From positions 62,248,001 to 62,312,000 of the forward strand of contig JAGIQG010000009.1 in assembly GCA_024679065.1 (NCBI GenBank): a stretch of DNA of 64,000 bases, in the 5' to 3' direction. Each line of letters starts with the position of its first letter. The first letter of the stretch is position 1. Source of the stretch: Sphyrna mokarran. Taxonomy: Eukaryota. The position numbers were made by a program, and so were the translations under genes. The notes below the pieces were generated by a model, which made no database searches, was not told where the DNA came from, and worked only from the letters and a program-made list of their open reading frames with translations. Shown piece after piece: positions 12,686 through 26,070 of this stretch.

Positions 12686-13544
12686 TTAAACCAACTGGCC
12701 CCAGTTGCCTTTTCAGGTTGTGTTAAAGTCTGGTAAAATGAACATAACGTTATTTTTTCCAGCCTGTTGTGAAATTAAAAGATATTTAAATGTGGACTTC
12801 TATCCACTGCTTGTAAACTTTATCAAAATAGATCATGAGGAGTGAAACACATAATAATCTGAATAAATGGGTTAACATTGATCCCTTCAGCTACTAAATA
12901 TCAGCATATCTGATTAACATTAATGAAATATCAATATTATTTTAATGATACAATAATTGTTTCAAAAAACCATTATTCTGTCCAACAGGAAATAGGGAAT
13001 GACTTCACTGTATCAATGGAACTGTAGGATGCTACTTTTGACAGTAATTCTTAGTGAGATGAACTCCTAACCTCAGCCAAGGTGCATTGAGAAGGGGAGG
13101 AGGCAGAAAATCAGAGGACTAATCTAGCTGTAGCAATTCATGACAGTCTCCAATTGGTTGTCCGGCCTGATGGTTAAAGCGAAATAGATGGGAGATAACG
13201 GAATTAAAAATAGAGAAGCAACACTTTATGAAGAATTGTATCGCTGTCAGATCTTCTGAAATAGTGCAGAAGCTGTGGTATTTCGCAACCGAATGTCTTG
13301 AGTATATTTTTGTCCAATGAATCACCAAATATGATTCAACACAAACTCAGATGTAATAGATTTAAGATGTCTGGACCATAGTTTAACTTAATAGGAGCAG
13401 GAAAGACTAATAAAGGTTTAAGAAGTGCAAATCTATCTCATATCGATTTAGAAGACTTGAAACCATTCCACATCTTTACGCAAATGAAGTTTGTTCTGCT
13501 GTTAAAGTGCTATTTTATACTGAATGGTGAACTACATATGTGAC

Positions 13545-13830
13545 CATGAATACGAACATACAGACGTACAAAATAGGAGGCCATTTGGCCCCTTGAGCCT
13601 CTCTGCCACTCAAAAATATCATTGCTGATCTATTTGTGTTTTGAATTCCACTTTCTCTTCTATTCTCAATAACCTCCGATTCCCCTACCCAGCAAGAATC
13701 TATCTACCTCTGCCTTAAAAATATTCAATCATCCCGCCTTCAAAAGCAAAGTTCCAAAGTCACACAATCCTCAGAGAGAAAAATTTTCCATATCTCTGTC
13801 CTAAAAGGGTGACCCCAAATTTTAAAACAG
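13545..13830 (-). mobile_element. CR1 LINE 3' end
   Basis: ataggaggccatttggccccttgagcct...aagaatctatctacctctgccttaaaaatattcaat. Confidence 0.8.
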
Positions 13831-14756
13831 AATCAAGTGACATTACTGTTGAAGTATGCAATGGATACCCAATTCAGCCAACACTGGGTAGCTGCCCATC
13901 TCACATTGTTTAGCAGCTGACTGGCAGGGATTGGAGACCATTCAGACAGCACATTTTGCACACAACAACATATCCAAAAATAATGCCAATGACAGCACCA
14001 CCAAACCTTCCTACAAACGAGGTGATTTCAAAGCTGTTAAGTACCTACACAAAATGCACATTTCTCACTTCAAACATATGGAAGCCATAAGCTGGATTTT
14101 ACCCAGGAAGAAATCAGTGATCGCATCTGTCATTAATGTAATCCATGTTCTGAAATTCCAAAGGTTCAGCTTTCCAAGTGGGTGGCTTCATTCGCTAAGT
14201 GATGCTGCACAGCCAAAATCTCATACAGTGGATAGGTCTCAAACAACAACTCGTCATCGTACAGCACTTCTCCAAAGTCAAACATTTCATAACAACACAT
14301 TCAAACAAAACTTCGTACTGAGGCAAATAAGGAGTTACTATGGCAGATGACCAAAAATTTGTCTTTAGTCTTTATGGAGCATGTTGAAGAAAGAGAGACA
14401 GAGAGAGAGAAAGAGAGAAGTAGATAAGTTTAGGGAGGGAATCCTGGAGTTCTGATCAAAGATCCATAAATCAGAGGCATGAGGAACTTCTATTTCCCCA
14501 AAAGAGGATATATCTTGTCAGCATACATTGAGATTTCACTGTATTTGTTACAATTCATTACAGTGATCCGACAATTTTAAATTGTTAAGCACTTCTGGAC
14601 TGCAATGTGAAATTTACAGGTGGGTTCCACACTGCATGCAGAGTTTTGTGACCAAACAACTTGTATATGAATGACCCAGGGTTATGCGCATGTGGAGCAC
14701 TTAGCTCTGAGTCTTTGAGATTTCAACATTTTTGAGATTTGAAAATTGTATCAGCG

Positions 14757-15090
14757 GTATGGGGGGACAGTGGTTAACACTGCTTCCTCATAACTCCAGG
14801 GACCTGGGTTTGATTCCCAGCATCAGTCACTATCTGTGCAGAGTCTGCACATTGTACCCACGTCTGTGTGTGTTTCCTCTTGGTGCTCCGGTTTCCTCCC
14901 ACAGTCCAAAGATGAGCAGGTTACGTGTATTGGTCACGCTAAATTGCCCCTTAGTGTCCTAGGATGTTTAGGTTAGAAGAATTAGTAGGGTAAATTCGTG
15001 GGGTCACAGGGATAGGGCCTGGTTGGGATTGTTGTTGCTGAAGACTTGATGAACCGAGTGACCTCCTTCTGCATGTAGGAATTTTATGAA
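14757..15090 (+). mobile_element. V-SINE/HE1-like SINE
   Basis: cagtggttaacactgct...ggtttgattccc...gctccggtttcctcccacagtccaaagatg...gtaggaattttatga. Confidence 0.9.
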
Positions 15091-17369
15091 ACACCTTCAC
15101 ACCTTAGTTACAGGGTGGTACAACATACATTGTATAACACTCATATCATTACAACAGTGCTGCATCTGATTGACTACCAATAATTCTGCAGCAGATCAGT
15201 TGGTAAGGAGAGACTTTTAACCCCCAGAAGCAAGTAGGTTTAGCTTGGAAGGGTCATTAAAACTTACTTTCAACCCTGCCCACTGCCAGTTATAACAGAA
15301 AATAGATTGCTGAGCATATCAGATAGCATAAAAAAATCTTGTTAACAATAGCTTTCCTTACTCTGAATTTCCAACAGTTATTAAATGTGATTATAGGATT
15401 GGATTCAAAATTTAAATAACGGTCTAGAAATTATCTTCAAAAAGCTGATTCTTTTGCATCTCATGTTGGGCAAGGAAGAAAGTACCATGGACCCTTCCAC
15501 TCTGAAAATGATTCATTTGGCCCAGTCACAGGCAAATGTAGGAAATAGTTATAGTAGCTTATGAGCACAGGACAAAATATCACATCATTGAACAGACCTA
15601 CCATTGTGCACAGGAATGAGACATGTTTTCGTTCTCCATTTGGGCAGCAGCCTTTGTCAGCATCCAGCCATGTCCGGTCAGGTATAACTCACTCAGGGCA
15701 AAGTTCTCCTTCTTTATTCAAGAATACCCGCATACTTCAAATGACAAGTTGACAACGACTGCCCGTACTAAAATGGTCAGCTTTGTTATTTTCCTGGGTG
15801 GCCCTGTCTATTTCTAACAGACAGAGGGAAGAACTCTGGATTTGCTGCCAATCTTTATTTGCTCACAACTTGCCAACATTTGGTTTATGTTCAAGTTTTT
15901 GAAGAAGGATTTTCAACCTATCGTTTAGGACCTCTGCTCCCAAAAGGTGATAGAGCATCATCTTAGCCCAGTTTAGAAGCCAGCCTGTGATTTCCTTGCT
16001 GTTAATTGCACACATTAAGAAGACTGTTTTTTGCTTTCAGCAAAGTTCTATACAGGTTGAGGGGTAGTGGCAAGGATGGGAGTGAAAGAAACTTCAATAA
16101 GACAACTGAGATTTTCCAATGTAATGCTGTCAGGATTGTGCATCTATGTTGAAACCTGAGAACTTTACAACATCTTTTCGTAAAAAAAAACTTCATTTAC
16201 ATTTGCTCCCTGAGTATTCTTGAAATGCTTCCAAAGAAAACTATAAGCAATACTAATGTTCTGCCAGCAGATGCTGCACAAAAGCTTTGTGAGATGTACA
16301 GTAACTATGAGTGTAAAGCACAGTTTTACAATCAGAACTCTATTAGAATGGAACTAATGATGAGTTAAATTCAATATGTCCATGAACCTTTGTATAAACT
16401 TCTGAACAGATCCAAAATTTGATGCAAACAGCCCCCAAATTTGAACATGCATGAGTACACACCTTTCATGTTGAGAGATCCCTATACTGAAACTGGAATT
16501 AAAATCAGTTGAAGCCACACTATCCTTGCACCTCCAGGATTTGAGTTGATGTAGTTAAATTCTTCATACAAGTGCTGAACTAAGTTTAGGAAAGCTCAAT
16601 GCAGTGAAAACGTTGACGTGAATACATAGCACAAAATTGTCACTAGGTCACTTGTATACATCTGTCCAGTAATCTCTCCAATATAGATATATATTAAAGA
16701 TGGCCTACTCCTTGAAACAGGTGATCACTTTAGCTACCAGCTGTAACTTTCTGTAAAAATGGTGCAGGATTATTGGGCAGAGTAGTAACTCCACAATCTC
16801 CATTTTAATGCCATTGGAACTTCAGTGCCATCATAATGGCCAAGTTAAATTGCCACTAATGACATTTACCTTTGGAGGGGAAGAGAGGCATGAAGCTGTT
16901 TTCTCTATTTTTGTTTCAAATCACGCAAACAAATGTTTGTTCCATAAACAGACAAGAACCGTTTGCACAGATCTATACTCATTTACAAAAGGGGCAGATT
17001 TCACTGATGGATATTAACAGTGTATTGTCACCAGTTTTCTGTTGAGTGGTTGCCTTCCAAACCATATCCAAGCATCAATTTCCTTTCCCGCATGCTAAGG
17101 AGCAGTGAAAATATGAGTATTCAGATAGTTTTACTGTTATTGGCAGGAACCTGGAGAAAATACAACCCTAAATTTACATCTGCATTGATCAAAATATCAC
17201 CAAAACAGAAACTAATTGACCTGTCAACATTTAATAAGCCAGATTAAAACAAAATAAAATTCCATTTTTTGTGGTGGTTGTTAAATCACTTCTTGGTGCA
17301 ACATGGATGCGACTGTTAAAACTATACAAGGTCATATCTCACTCAATAAAGCTGCAATTTATTTATTTG

Positions 17370-17820
17370 ATTTAAGCTTTGAGGTGTGAGCATCACTATC
17401 AAAGTGATCATTTATTACCCTTCATTCATTATTCTTGAGAAGGTGGTAGCCTGCTACCTCTTTGAACACATATAAGCACAGACAATGGTGGGTTCTGTGT
17501 CGTCCTGCAGTAGTTTCATACAATAGTGACTTGCTACATCATTTCAGAGTGTAGTCAAGAATCAATCACATTTCTATTAGTCTGAAGTTACATGCAAGCC
17601 AGACTAAGTAAGGATGGCAGATTTCCTCCCCTGAAGAATATTCATGTATTATAGGTTTTTATGATTGGCTTTGTTATCATTATTGTTGAGACTAGCATTT
17701 TTATTGCAGATTTATTAATTGAATTTAAATTTCCCCCAGTTGCTGTGGTGATATTTGAACTCATATCTCTGAAGTATCTACAAGTATGTAGATTACTCGT
17801 TCAGTAAAATTTATAATATA
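17370..17820 (-). mobile_element. Degraded tRNA-derived SINE (second shark family)
   Basis: cttgagaaggtggt...gccagactaagtaaggatggcagatttcctccc...ttgaatttaaatt...tttgaac; homologous to 25712-26070. Confidence 0.7.
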
Positions 17821-19311
17821 CTATTTCCTTATTCAAGAATGTTCATACCTGTACACCCTGTGCTGAGTTTATATTTGCAGAGCAAGTGCCTGCTAACTTT
17901 TTTTGCTGCTGTAAACAGCAGCATATGTTTGCCTCATGACTATCACAGACTAGTTGCTGTTGGAATTGGCAGCAGATAAAGCAGTCATACTGGTCCAATT
18001 AGTTTGCAGTGTTGTTTTCTGAGCTAATAATGAAATATTATAATTTCTCCTGCTGTCAACATATTTCCCCAGCAATGGCAGAATACCTGAGCAATCCTCT
18101 GCCACAGGTGATTGGCGACAGATTAATTTGTGGGACCACCTGGTTGCAAACTGGTTGTTAATTAGCTCATCATGACAGGATGTTAATGATGATTTGCTGG
18201 TTTTGGGCTGATTTACTGATGATTAATTGACCAACTGAGGATTGATATTGCTGGATTTGAGTTGCTGGCCGTGGATGTATTGCCTGATGATCGTGATGAC
18301 TGGTTTGTCATTGTCTGGATAACTGGCTGGAGGAGTAATGATAGTTGGATTGTTATCTCGCTGGTTTCCAGTGATAAATAGGTAGCTTCTTGTGCTGGAA
18401 ACAGGTTATAGAGGGGTAACTTTTGATGATTGGCTACTGCTGCCTGGTATAGATGGCCTAACTGGAGGTTGGGCTTTCTTGATCTCTGTGACTCTGTCAA
18501 CCACTGCATAAACTCAACGAACAACCAGAGAGCTGGTTTCATGCACCTGCATTTAAGGTCCTATTGTTGTATATCTGAAATACTGTTATGTCTCTCTGAA
18601 ATATTATACATACACATAAAGTATTTTTGCATAAACTAGTGTAAGTGTACAGCAAAATGCTAGGCAGCACGTCAATCAAAGCTACCAAATGAATGACCAG
18701 CTGTAGTGCCAGAAGAAATTTTCTTTGATTATTATTAATTGTTACACTGGGATTATTTGCAACTTGCCACATGGACCAATGTAGTAACCACCTTGAGAAA
18801 TATCAATGGAAAATTGGGCAGCTGCTCTGCCACATCAGTTTTATACCAGGCATCAGTTGCCCCATGGATTTTTCCCCCTGATTTAAAAACTGCCCAATTT
18901 GAGTGGACATCCCATGAAAGGTAGAAGTCTACATTCATTCAGAAGCGAACACAGACTACATCAATAAATTGCCTGTGATCTGGCAGTGATTGGTATTAAA
19001 TCCACAACAATGTTCAAAGGGGTCAATGAAGTAGTTGCTTTTGTCAATGAGATGAGACCTAATGATCCAATAAGATTACCCTGCTGATGTTAACATGAAG
19101 TACATTATTTAAGCACTATAAAAGAAACTGTTCTCTACATCTCACCATAAAATATCTCAGCAGTAGAGGGTTGTTAGGTATATTGGAACAGTCATCCTTT
19201 GTGTTTGGCAGGATGTATAATGAGTTGCCAAAATACAATCACTGCTATTCTGCTACCACCAAAGTTAAAATTAATTTTCATGTGTAAAATGTGGTAAATA
19301 TTTCCATTTGC

Positions 19312-19490
19312 CTCAGCTGTGACTCTGAGTCAGGATCTTGTGAGCTCAACACCCAAAGACCCTCTACAATCTATGCTGACATTCCAGTGCCATACTGAGG
19401 GACTATTATACTGTTGAAGGTGTCATCTTTCAGGTCTTAGCTTTCCTGATGGATTGTGAAGATCCTACAACACTATTTTTAAGAAAAAGT
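19312..19490 (+). mobile_element. SacSINE1-like fragment
   Basis: ctctgagtcagg...gctgacattccagtgccatactgaggga...ggtgtcatctttcag. Confidence 0.7.
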
Positions 19491-19528
19491 CAATGAAGAG
19501 AACTGTTGGGAGAGCCTTAACATCAGGA

Positions 19529-19698
19529 TCCAAAGGTGTGCAGGTTAGGTTGATTGGCAATGCTAAATTGCCTCTTGGTATCATAAGGGCTAACAGGTTA
19601 AAAATGTGGGGTTCCAGGGATAAGGCCTCGAAGGCATTGTTGTTAGTGTAGGCATGATGGACTGAATGGTCTCTTTTTGCACTTAGGCATTCTATGAT
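19529..19698 (+). mobile_element. V-SINE 3' fragment
   Basis: tccaaaggtgtgcaggttaggttgattggcaatgctaaattgcc...ttctatga. Confidence 0.85.
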
Positions 19699-20472
19699 GA
19701 ACTGGATCTCTTCAGATCAGTTAACGTGCAGCTCCTTATTCTGAGAGTGGATGAATAAATCACTCAGAGAAATTGGATCACTCTGAGAATCAGATCACAA
19801 TGTTCTGGCTACCGGAGCTCAATTTTCCAGAGAATGGTCAACATCTGGACAATTCAAGAAGCTGAAATGCAGCAATCTACTGTGTTCAAAATAATTCAGA
19901 CTCATTGCCAGAATCATGAAATGGGTACTAAACTCAAGTGTTCTGAATGCATGGTCTCCTGTTCATCACAAATAGGCATCCAAGCTTCAAATACAGCAAC
20001 GAGTTCCACAGTTTACAATGAACAACTAGATTGGCAAGACGTGAATTCTGACTAACAACAAGGGTATTGAACAAGGCAAACAATGGCTTTTTTCACTTGC
20101 TGCAGTCCCAACCAAGAGATCCAAGTAGTCCCAAAAGAGTGGCCATAACATTAGACATGCCAAATCGATGGGAGTGAGCGATGGTAGAAATAAATAAACA
20201 TGCTGGGATTCTAGTGCTTGGTGGGAGCACTCCCCCCCACCCACCCCTCTGAGTCTCGGAGATTGTGAGTTCAAGCCCTATTTTGACTTGAGTATGTAAT
20301 CTGGGCTAATGCTCCAATACAATACTGCTAAAACAGGTCCTTCACCAACTCTCACTTTGTTTTGTTACAATGGTGAAAACAATCCCCTGAGAATTGATTC
20401 CTGGCAAATAATAACTGGCATTTACCATGCCAAATGGAGGTAAAGAGTTAGTAAGAAAGAATTTTCACTTTC

Positions 20473-20950
20473 ACTTTGATTTGATTTGATTTATTATTGT
20501 CACATGAATTAGTATATAGTGAAAAGTATTGTTTCTTGTGCACCATACAGACAAAGCATACCCTTCATACAGAACAACAGGAGAGAGTGCAGAATGTAAT
20601 GTTACAGTCATAGCTAAGGTGTGGAGGAAGATCAATTTAGTGCAAGGTTCGTCTATTCAAAAGTCTGACAGCAGTTGTTCTTGAATTAGTCAGTATGTTT
20701 CCTCAGATTTTTGATTTCTTTCCCAATGGAAGAGAGTCAAGGGATATGGCACACCAACAGGAAGGTGATGTATAGGCCTCAACCAGATTAGCCACAATCT
20801 TATTGAATGGTAGAGCAGGTTTGAGGGGCCAATTGGCGCACACTTGTTCCTATTTCTTGTGCTGTTATGGATGGGGTCCTTGATTATGCTGGCTGCTTTT
20901 CCAAGGCAGTGGGAAGAGAGGACAGTGTCAATGGATGGGAACCTAGTTTG
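20473..20950 (-). mobile_element. Rex1/Babar-like LINE 3' portion, interrupted by an opposite-strand CR1 tail (~20745-20865)
   Basis: (tttga)n terminus; the minus-strand ORF remnant HCLGKAASIIKDP is typical of the Rex1 C-terminus. Confidence 0.75.
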
Positions 20951-21767
20951 AAATACAAACTTGACTAGTAAATGATACCTCATACGGGCATGGTACTTAT
21001 TTCCAATGGAACCCAAGGAAACACAAGGTTTCAGTAAAAACTGACTGTGTCCTCAATGTCAAAGAACATTACAATGCTGAATCCCTGGAAGGCACAAACA
21101 GACCCAAGGATCATATGGATTGCGATACCTTCAGCAATTGGTTAGTACTTGATGTCAGAAAAACTTTAGCAATATTTGTTCTAATGTCTGTATGAAATCA
21201 GCTCTTGAAATTACAATAAGCAATAAAGAAGTACAAATGTTTTTGTGAAAGGTTTGTTCTTGTGTTTTAGTGATGGAATTTAACATAAACAGCCTAAAAT
21301 AGCACATAAAAACAATTTCAGATGGTTAATAAGGGGTTGTATGCTAGCATTCTGTAGCATCACTTTTGTTTATCATGGCAATTAAAGAAAACACATCAAT
21401 GGAACATTTTTAAATTTTTAACATGTTTTTAAATTATTGGCATAAAAATCATGCAAAATGGAAAATTAATGAAAGTGAAACAAAAGAAAGAGATGCAATG
21501 CTTAGTACTTCTTGTGTAGCCTAGTGGGCATCAGAGACCACAGCAGCACTGTTAAGAAATTAGAATAGATGGTAAATTGTATTCCAATTACCTAGTACTA
21601 CTAAGACTTTCTGGTTCAGAAATATATGAAGATATCATTACAGAACCATTTAAACGCAAAGCAACTGAAACTATTTCACCAGGACAGAGAAGTACAGCTC
21701 CTGCCTAATGGGGGGGCAAGACAATTTCCTCTAACCAAATGTACATCACAGAGGACACATAGGCATG

Positions 21768-23150
21768 AGCAACAAGTTGCATTTATATAGCACCTTTAAT
21801 GCAGAAAATTTGTTGCGCAGTATTTAGCAAGAGCATGACCAAAAAAACACTTTAACACTGAGTCTGCAAAAGAGGCTGTATGGACAAGTGAACGAATGCT
21901 TGATCAAAGAGGAAGGTTTAAAGGAGAATCTTAAAGGAGGAAACAGATGTTTCAGAAGGGAATTCCAGAGCTTAGGCTCTGACAGCTGAATGTATGGCTG
22001 CAAGCAATGCAGTGATTAGGATGAGGAAAGCACAAGATGCCAAAACTGAAGGAGCACAGAGGTCTCGGGAGCACATAGGGCTGGGGAATTATAGAGATAG
22101 AAAGAAACGAGACCACAGAGAAATTTGGAAACAAGGATGAGAATTTTAAAACTCAGATACTGTCAGACTGGGAACCAGTGTTTGTCAACAAGAACAGGCA
22201 TGATGGGTGAATAGGACTTGATGTGAATTAAAATATGCAGCAAAGTTCTGGATGAGCATATGTTCACGGAGGTAACAAGATGACCAACAGAAATCAAAGA
22301 CATGGATGGGAGTTTCAGTAGCAGACAATCTGAATTGGGATGGAGTCGGCCGAGGTTACATTGGCAAACTTGGTGATGGAAGCTCGGCTGAGGATCAAAT
22401 ACAACACCAAGGATCTGAATAGGCTGGTTCAATTTTACTCCCAGAGAGGGGAGAAAATGATAATCTGGCATCAGAACTTACAGCAGGAATCAAAGACAAC
22501 AGCTTCGGTACTTCAAATATTTAGCTGGGAGGAAATTTCTGTTCATCTGATACTGGATGTCAGATAGGTTTGCTGACAAATCAGAGACAATGGCAGGATC
22601 GACAGAGGTGGTGTTGAGGGAGAGCTGGCTGCCAGCAGCACATATATGGGGCCCGATGGTGCTGAGGCTCAGACAGCAGAAAGGAGTAGGCTGAGGATAG
22701 ACTCTTTGCAAACTTGAAAGATAACTGTTTGGGAGTGAGGAGAGAAGCCATTGCATACGATTTCCTGACTACAGTTTAATAAATGGGGAATGGAATCAGG
22801 CAAGGGCAGCTCCACACATGCTGGTGAGATATTGGAGCGTGCCATGGTCAGCCATGCTGAAAACTGCAGAGAGGCCAAGGAGCAGTAGTTTTCCATGGTC
22901 ACAGTGAAAGAGGGTGTCATTTTAGGCTTTCAACAAGGGATCCTGCACTGCAGTGGGGGCAGAATCCCAAATGAAGGAATCCAAACATGGAATTTTGGGA
23001 AAAATGGGAAAACAATTTGAAGACCATGACACACTTTGGAGAGGAAAGGTTGGTTGGAAATTTGGGCAGTGGTTTGCCAAGTTGGAAGGGTCAAGGATTG
23101 TTTTTCTGAGGAGATCACCACAGTTGTGACTCTTGAGGTCGGAACACAGC
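21768..23150 (-). mobile_element. L2-clade LINE relic (RT fragments plus 3' end)
   Basis: ttgcatttatatagcaccttt terminus; remnants LLRKTILDPSNLAN, ISNQPFLSK, LSDIQYQMNRNFL, LGVVFDPQPSF; many frameshifts. Confidence 0.85.
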
Positions 23151-23974
23151 ACTGCGTTGTTAGATATTCCCCCAAGTGTTACAGTGCTGCTGTAAATAGG
23201 CCTGCACAACCTCAGAAGTAGACAAAGTGTAAATTGTAGGTGACCAGCCAGTATAAGTAGAGCAGATCAATGAATGTGGTCCATGAACATTTGGGCCATC
23301 ATCATTGAGCAGACTTAAAACAAAATAAATAATGCTCCAACGAAAAGGAAGTGCTGACTTTTGAATAATCACTGATGGGATTGAAAACAAACAATGGTCA
23401 AACTTCCTAGATAAGAACCTGTTCATATGTTGAGGGATTTGCTGTGTTTTTTAGGGTAAGTCTGATTGAATGTATGTTGCACCTTTTGTACAACGAGGAC
23501 CATGTGTTCGCCAAGTGAGATCGCAGTTTTTTTTCAAACCTCTCTGAAATGCAGAAGCTCTTGCCACAGTCGGCCTTGACTACATGACCCACTTAACTCC
23601 GACAGGAAATATATGCAGATCTGCGGCTTCTGTCACAGCTCCTCGTGGGGATGGACCAGCTAAACTACGCACGGTGTGTGCTTGTGCAAACTTTAGCACG
23701 CTGCAGAACTGAGATAAAAAAAAACACCCACATCCGGAGAAAATACACTTATTCACTTAACTGAGGCTGGAACAAAAGAACATGTTTTGAATTTGTTTAG
23801 AACGAAAAGTAAGGCCTAAAACACAAGAGGCAGTTTCATCTCCATTGATAAGTTAAGTCATCATTAAGTGTTGTGGCAAAAAATATATTTGGTATGAGCT
23901 TATGAGTCCCTGAACATCAACTGACATTTTAGATCCACACTTGTAAGGTAATTATATGGTATCTTTATTCGAGA

Positions 23975-24175
23975 ACGGCAAGGCTGTAGAATTCAGTTCC
24001 ACGTGGAGGCAAATTGCAATGATGTACTTATGGAGAAGCTAGATAAATACGACACAGGGGAAAAGAACAGAAGGATAGGATTATAGAAAATACATTGGGA
24101 GGAGACTTGTGTGGAGCATTAACACCCTCATAAACCCACTGGGACCAATGGCCTGCTTCTGTACTGTAAGACTCA
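23975..24175 (+). mobile_element. CR1-like 3' end
   Basis: gagaagctagataaatac...gtggagcattaacacc...caatggcctgcttctgtactgtaa. Confidence 0.65.
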
Positions 24176-25711
24176 ATGAGTCATAAGTATTGAGAAAACA
24201 ATCTAAATTGTGAGAGGAAATAAAGACATGTTTTGAACGGAAAACACTCACGTATAGTTATCAGCTTCAAAGTGTTGGAAATGTAAGGATCACTCTTGGT
24301 TTTGCGTGCGTGCATCTCTTCTTCTCTACAGTATGGACTGAAAACTTGGCAGCTGCTTTAGCAGCTGACACACACACAAACATGAATTATTGGTTCCCTT
24401 ACTGCATAGATGTTTTTAAAATCTGTAACCATGTTATGTAGCAGCTTTACAGACAGCGAAAAACTGTTATTTAGACTGCCTGCCCAATACCTAACTAACA
24501 GATCGAAGAGTTAAAAAGGAAAATAATCTTGTTGCATTGACAAACCTTGATGCAATCAGATCGAAAATGTCAACACACCTCAGCTGACCTCTGCATGGAG
24601 GCGAGGCAACTGAGTAGCTGATCACAGCTACAATCATTTTACAACACTTAATGGTATGAGAAAAAGACCTTCCCTTCCCACGGTAAATGACAATTCACAT
24701 GGCAATGCTGCTTTATTTACAGATTACTCCTTTCCAAAAGCACGCCAGTCAGCTGGGTCTCAATGGGGAAATAGGAGGTTCACCACTACTAGGTCATTGC
24801 ATATCCAGTATATGGCAATCGTGAGAGATTTACACAAACAGGGGCAATTTCACAATATTCTTTCAAAACACAAGGTGTTTTTGACGAACAGTAAGAAACA
24901 GAAGTTTGTTCACACCATTTTCTCTCACTGTAGAAATCTTCCCAAAAAAAGCAAGTGTTCGGAAATGGAGCTTGAAACTGTTAAACTACCGGCCTTTGCA
25001 GAGCAACAATTGATAGTGATGATTCTATTTATTATTAAGAGTGGTGACTTTGATTAGTTCTTAATCAGGTTGCCAAGCACCATATCTTGTGGAGGAAGGC
25101 ATCATCGAGCTGGCCCAACAGGATCATAATGAATGAGCTGTGACACGAGTCTGGCAGGCTCCTTCCGATGGTTATGATAGAAAATAACTGAACCATGCAG
25201 AACAAAATATTCCCACGTTCAATTCTCATTCAGTTCTGAATGGGTTGAAATCAGTGGTAGGGGTGCTGCAATTAGCCTCAGGGTTAAGGCGGCTACATTT
25301 GGGAAGCAAGACCTGCTGCAATTTTTTTTAATCACCTTCCTCACACACGAGAATATCTCAGCCTTACAAATAAGGAAACGGCCTAGGTGAGTTTTGAAGA
25401 GGGGAGGGGAGAGAATCAAAGATATGGTGAGACAGGAGGCTCAATGATTCTCGAGAAACATTCGTAAAGACTGGACTGAGCACATGGTGACATTGTAAGA
25501 TAGTGGGAAGAATTCTCCCACCGGTTGTCCCTTGGAAGCCTTGGTGATAGGCAAGCACAGAGAACCTCGTGGGATCCAAAAAGTCAGAAACCCATCAGTG
25601 TAAAATCACATTGCAATTCTTTAAATGGCGGGTTAATGGTAGCTCAGTCATCTCGTTGGCAGGCAGTATGATGCCATTTTCATTCATTTGCATTTCATGA
25701 ATGCTCATTAA

Positions 25712-26070
25712 GTGGGTGGTAACCTAGTGGTATTATTGCTTGACCATTAATCCAGAAATTCAGCTAATATTTTGGGGACCTGGGTTCAAATTCTGTCCAC
25801 AGCAGATGGTGCGAATTGAATTCAATAAAAACAATTTAGAATTAAAAATCTACTGATGAGCATGAAACCATTGTCAATTGTTGGAAAAACCCATCTAGTT
25901 CATTAACGTTCTTTAGGGAAGGGAATCTGTATCCTTATCTGGTCTTGCCTACATGTGACTCCAGAGCCACAGCAAAGTGGTTGACGTTCAATTGCCATCT
26001 GAACTAGGGATAGGCAATAAATTCAGGCCAGCCAGTGACACCCATATTCCACAAATGAATTTATAGAAAA
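25712..26070 (+). mobile_element. tRNA-derived SINE with CR1-type tail
   Basis: A-box (taacctagtggta), B-box (gggttcaaattc), body ctttagggaagggaatctg...acatgtgactccagagccacagcaa, tail gcaataaat...gacacccatattcc. Confidence 0.85.

Noticed and set aside
13931-14350. 139-aa plus-strand ORF
   Set aside because: Non-ATG start, runs into an L2 tail fragment, no homology recognised
24656-25057. 133-aa plus-strand ORF
   Set aside because: No recognisable domain or splice context; within chance length for 64 kb
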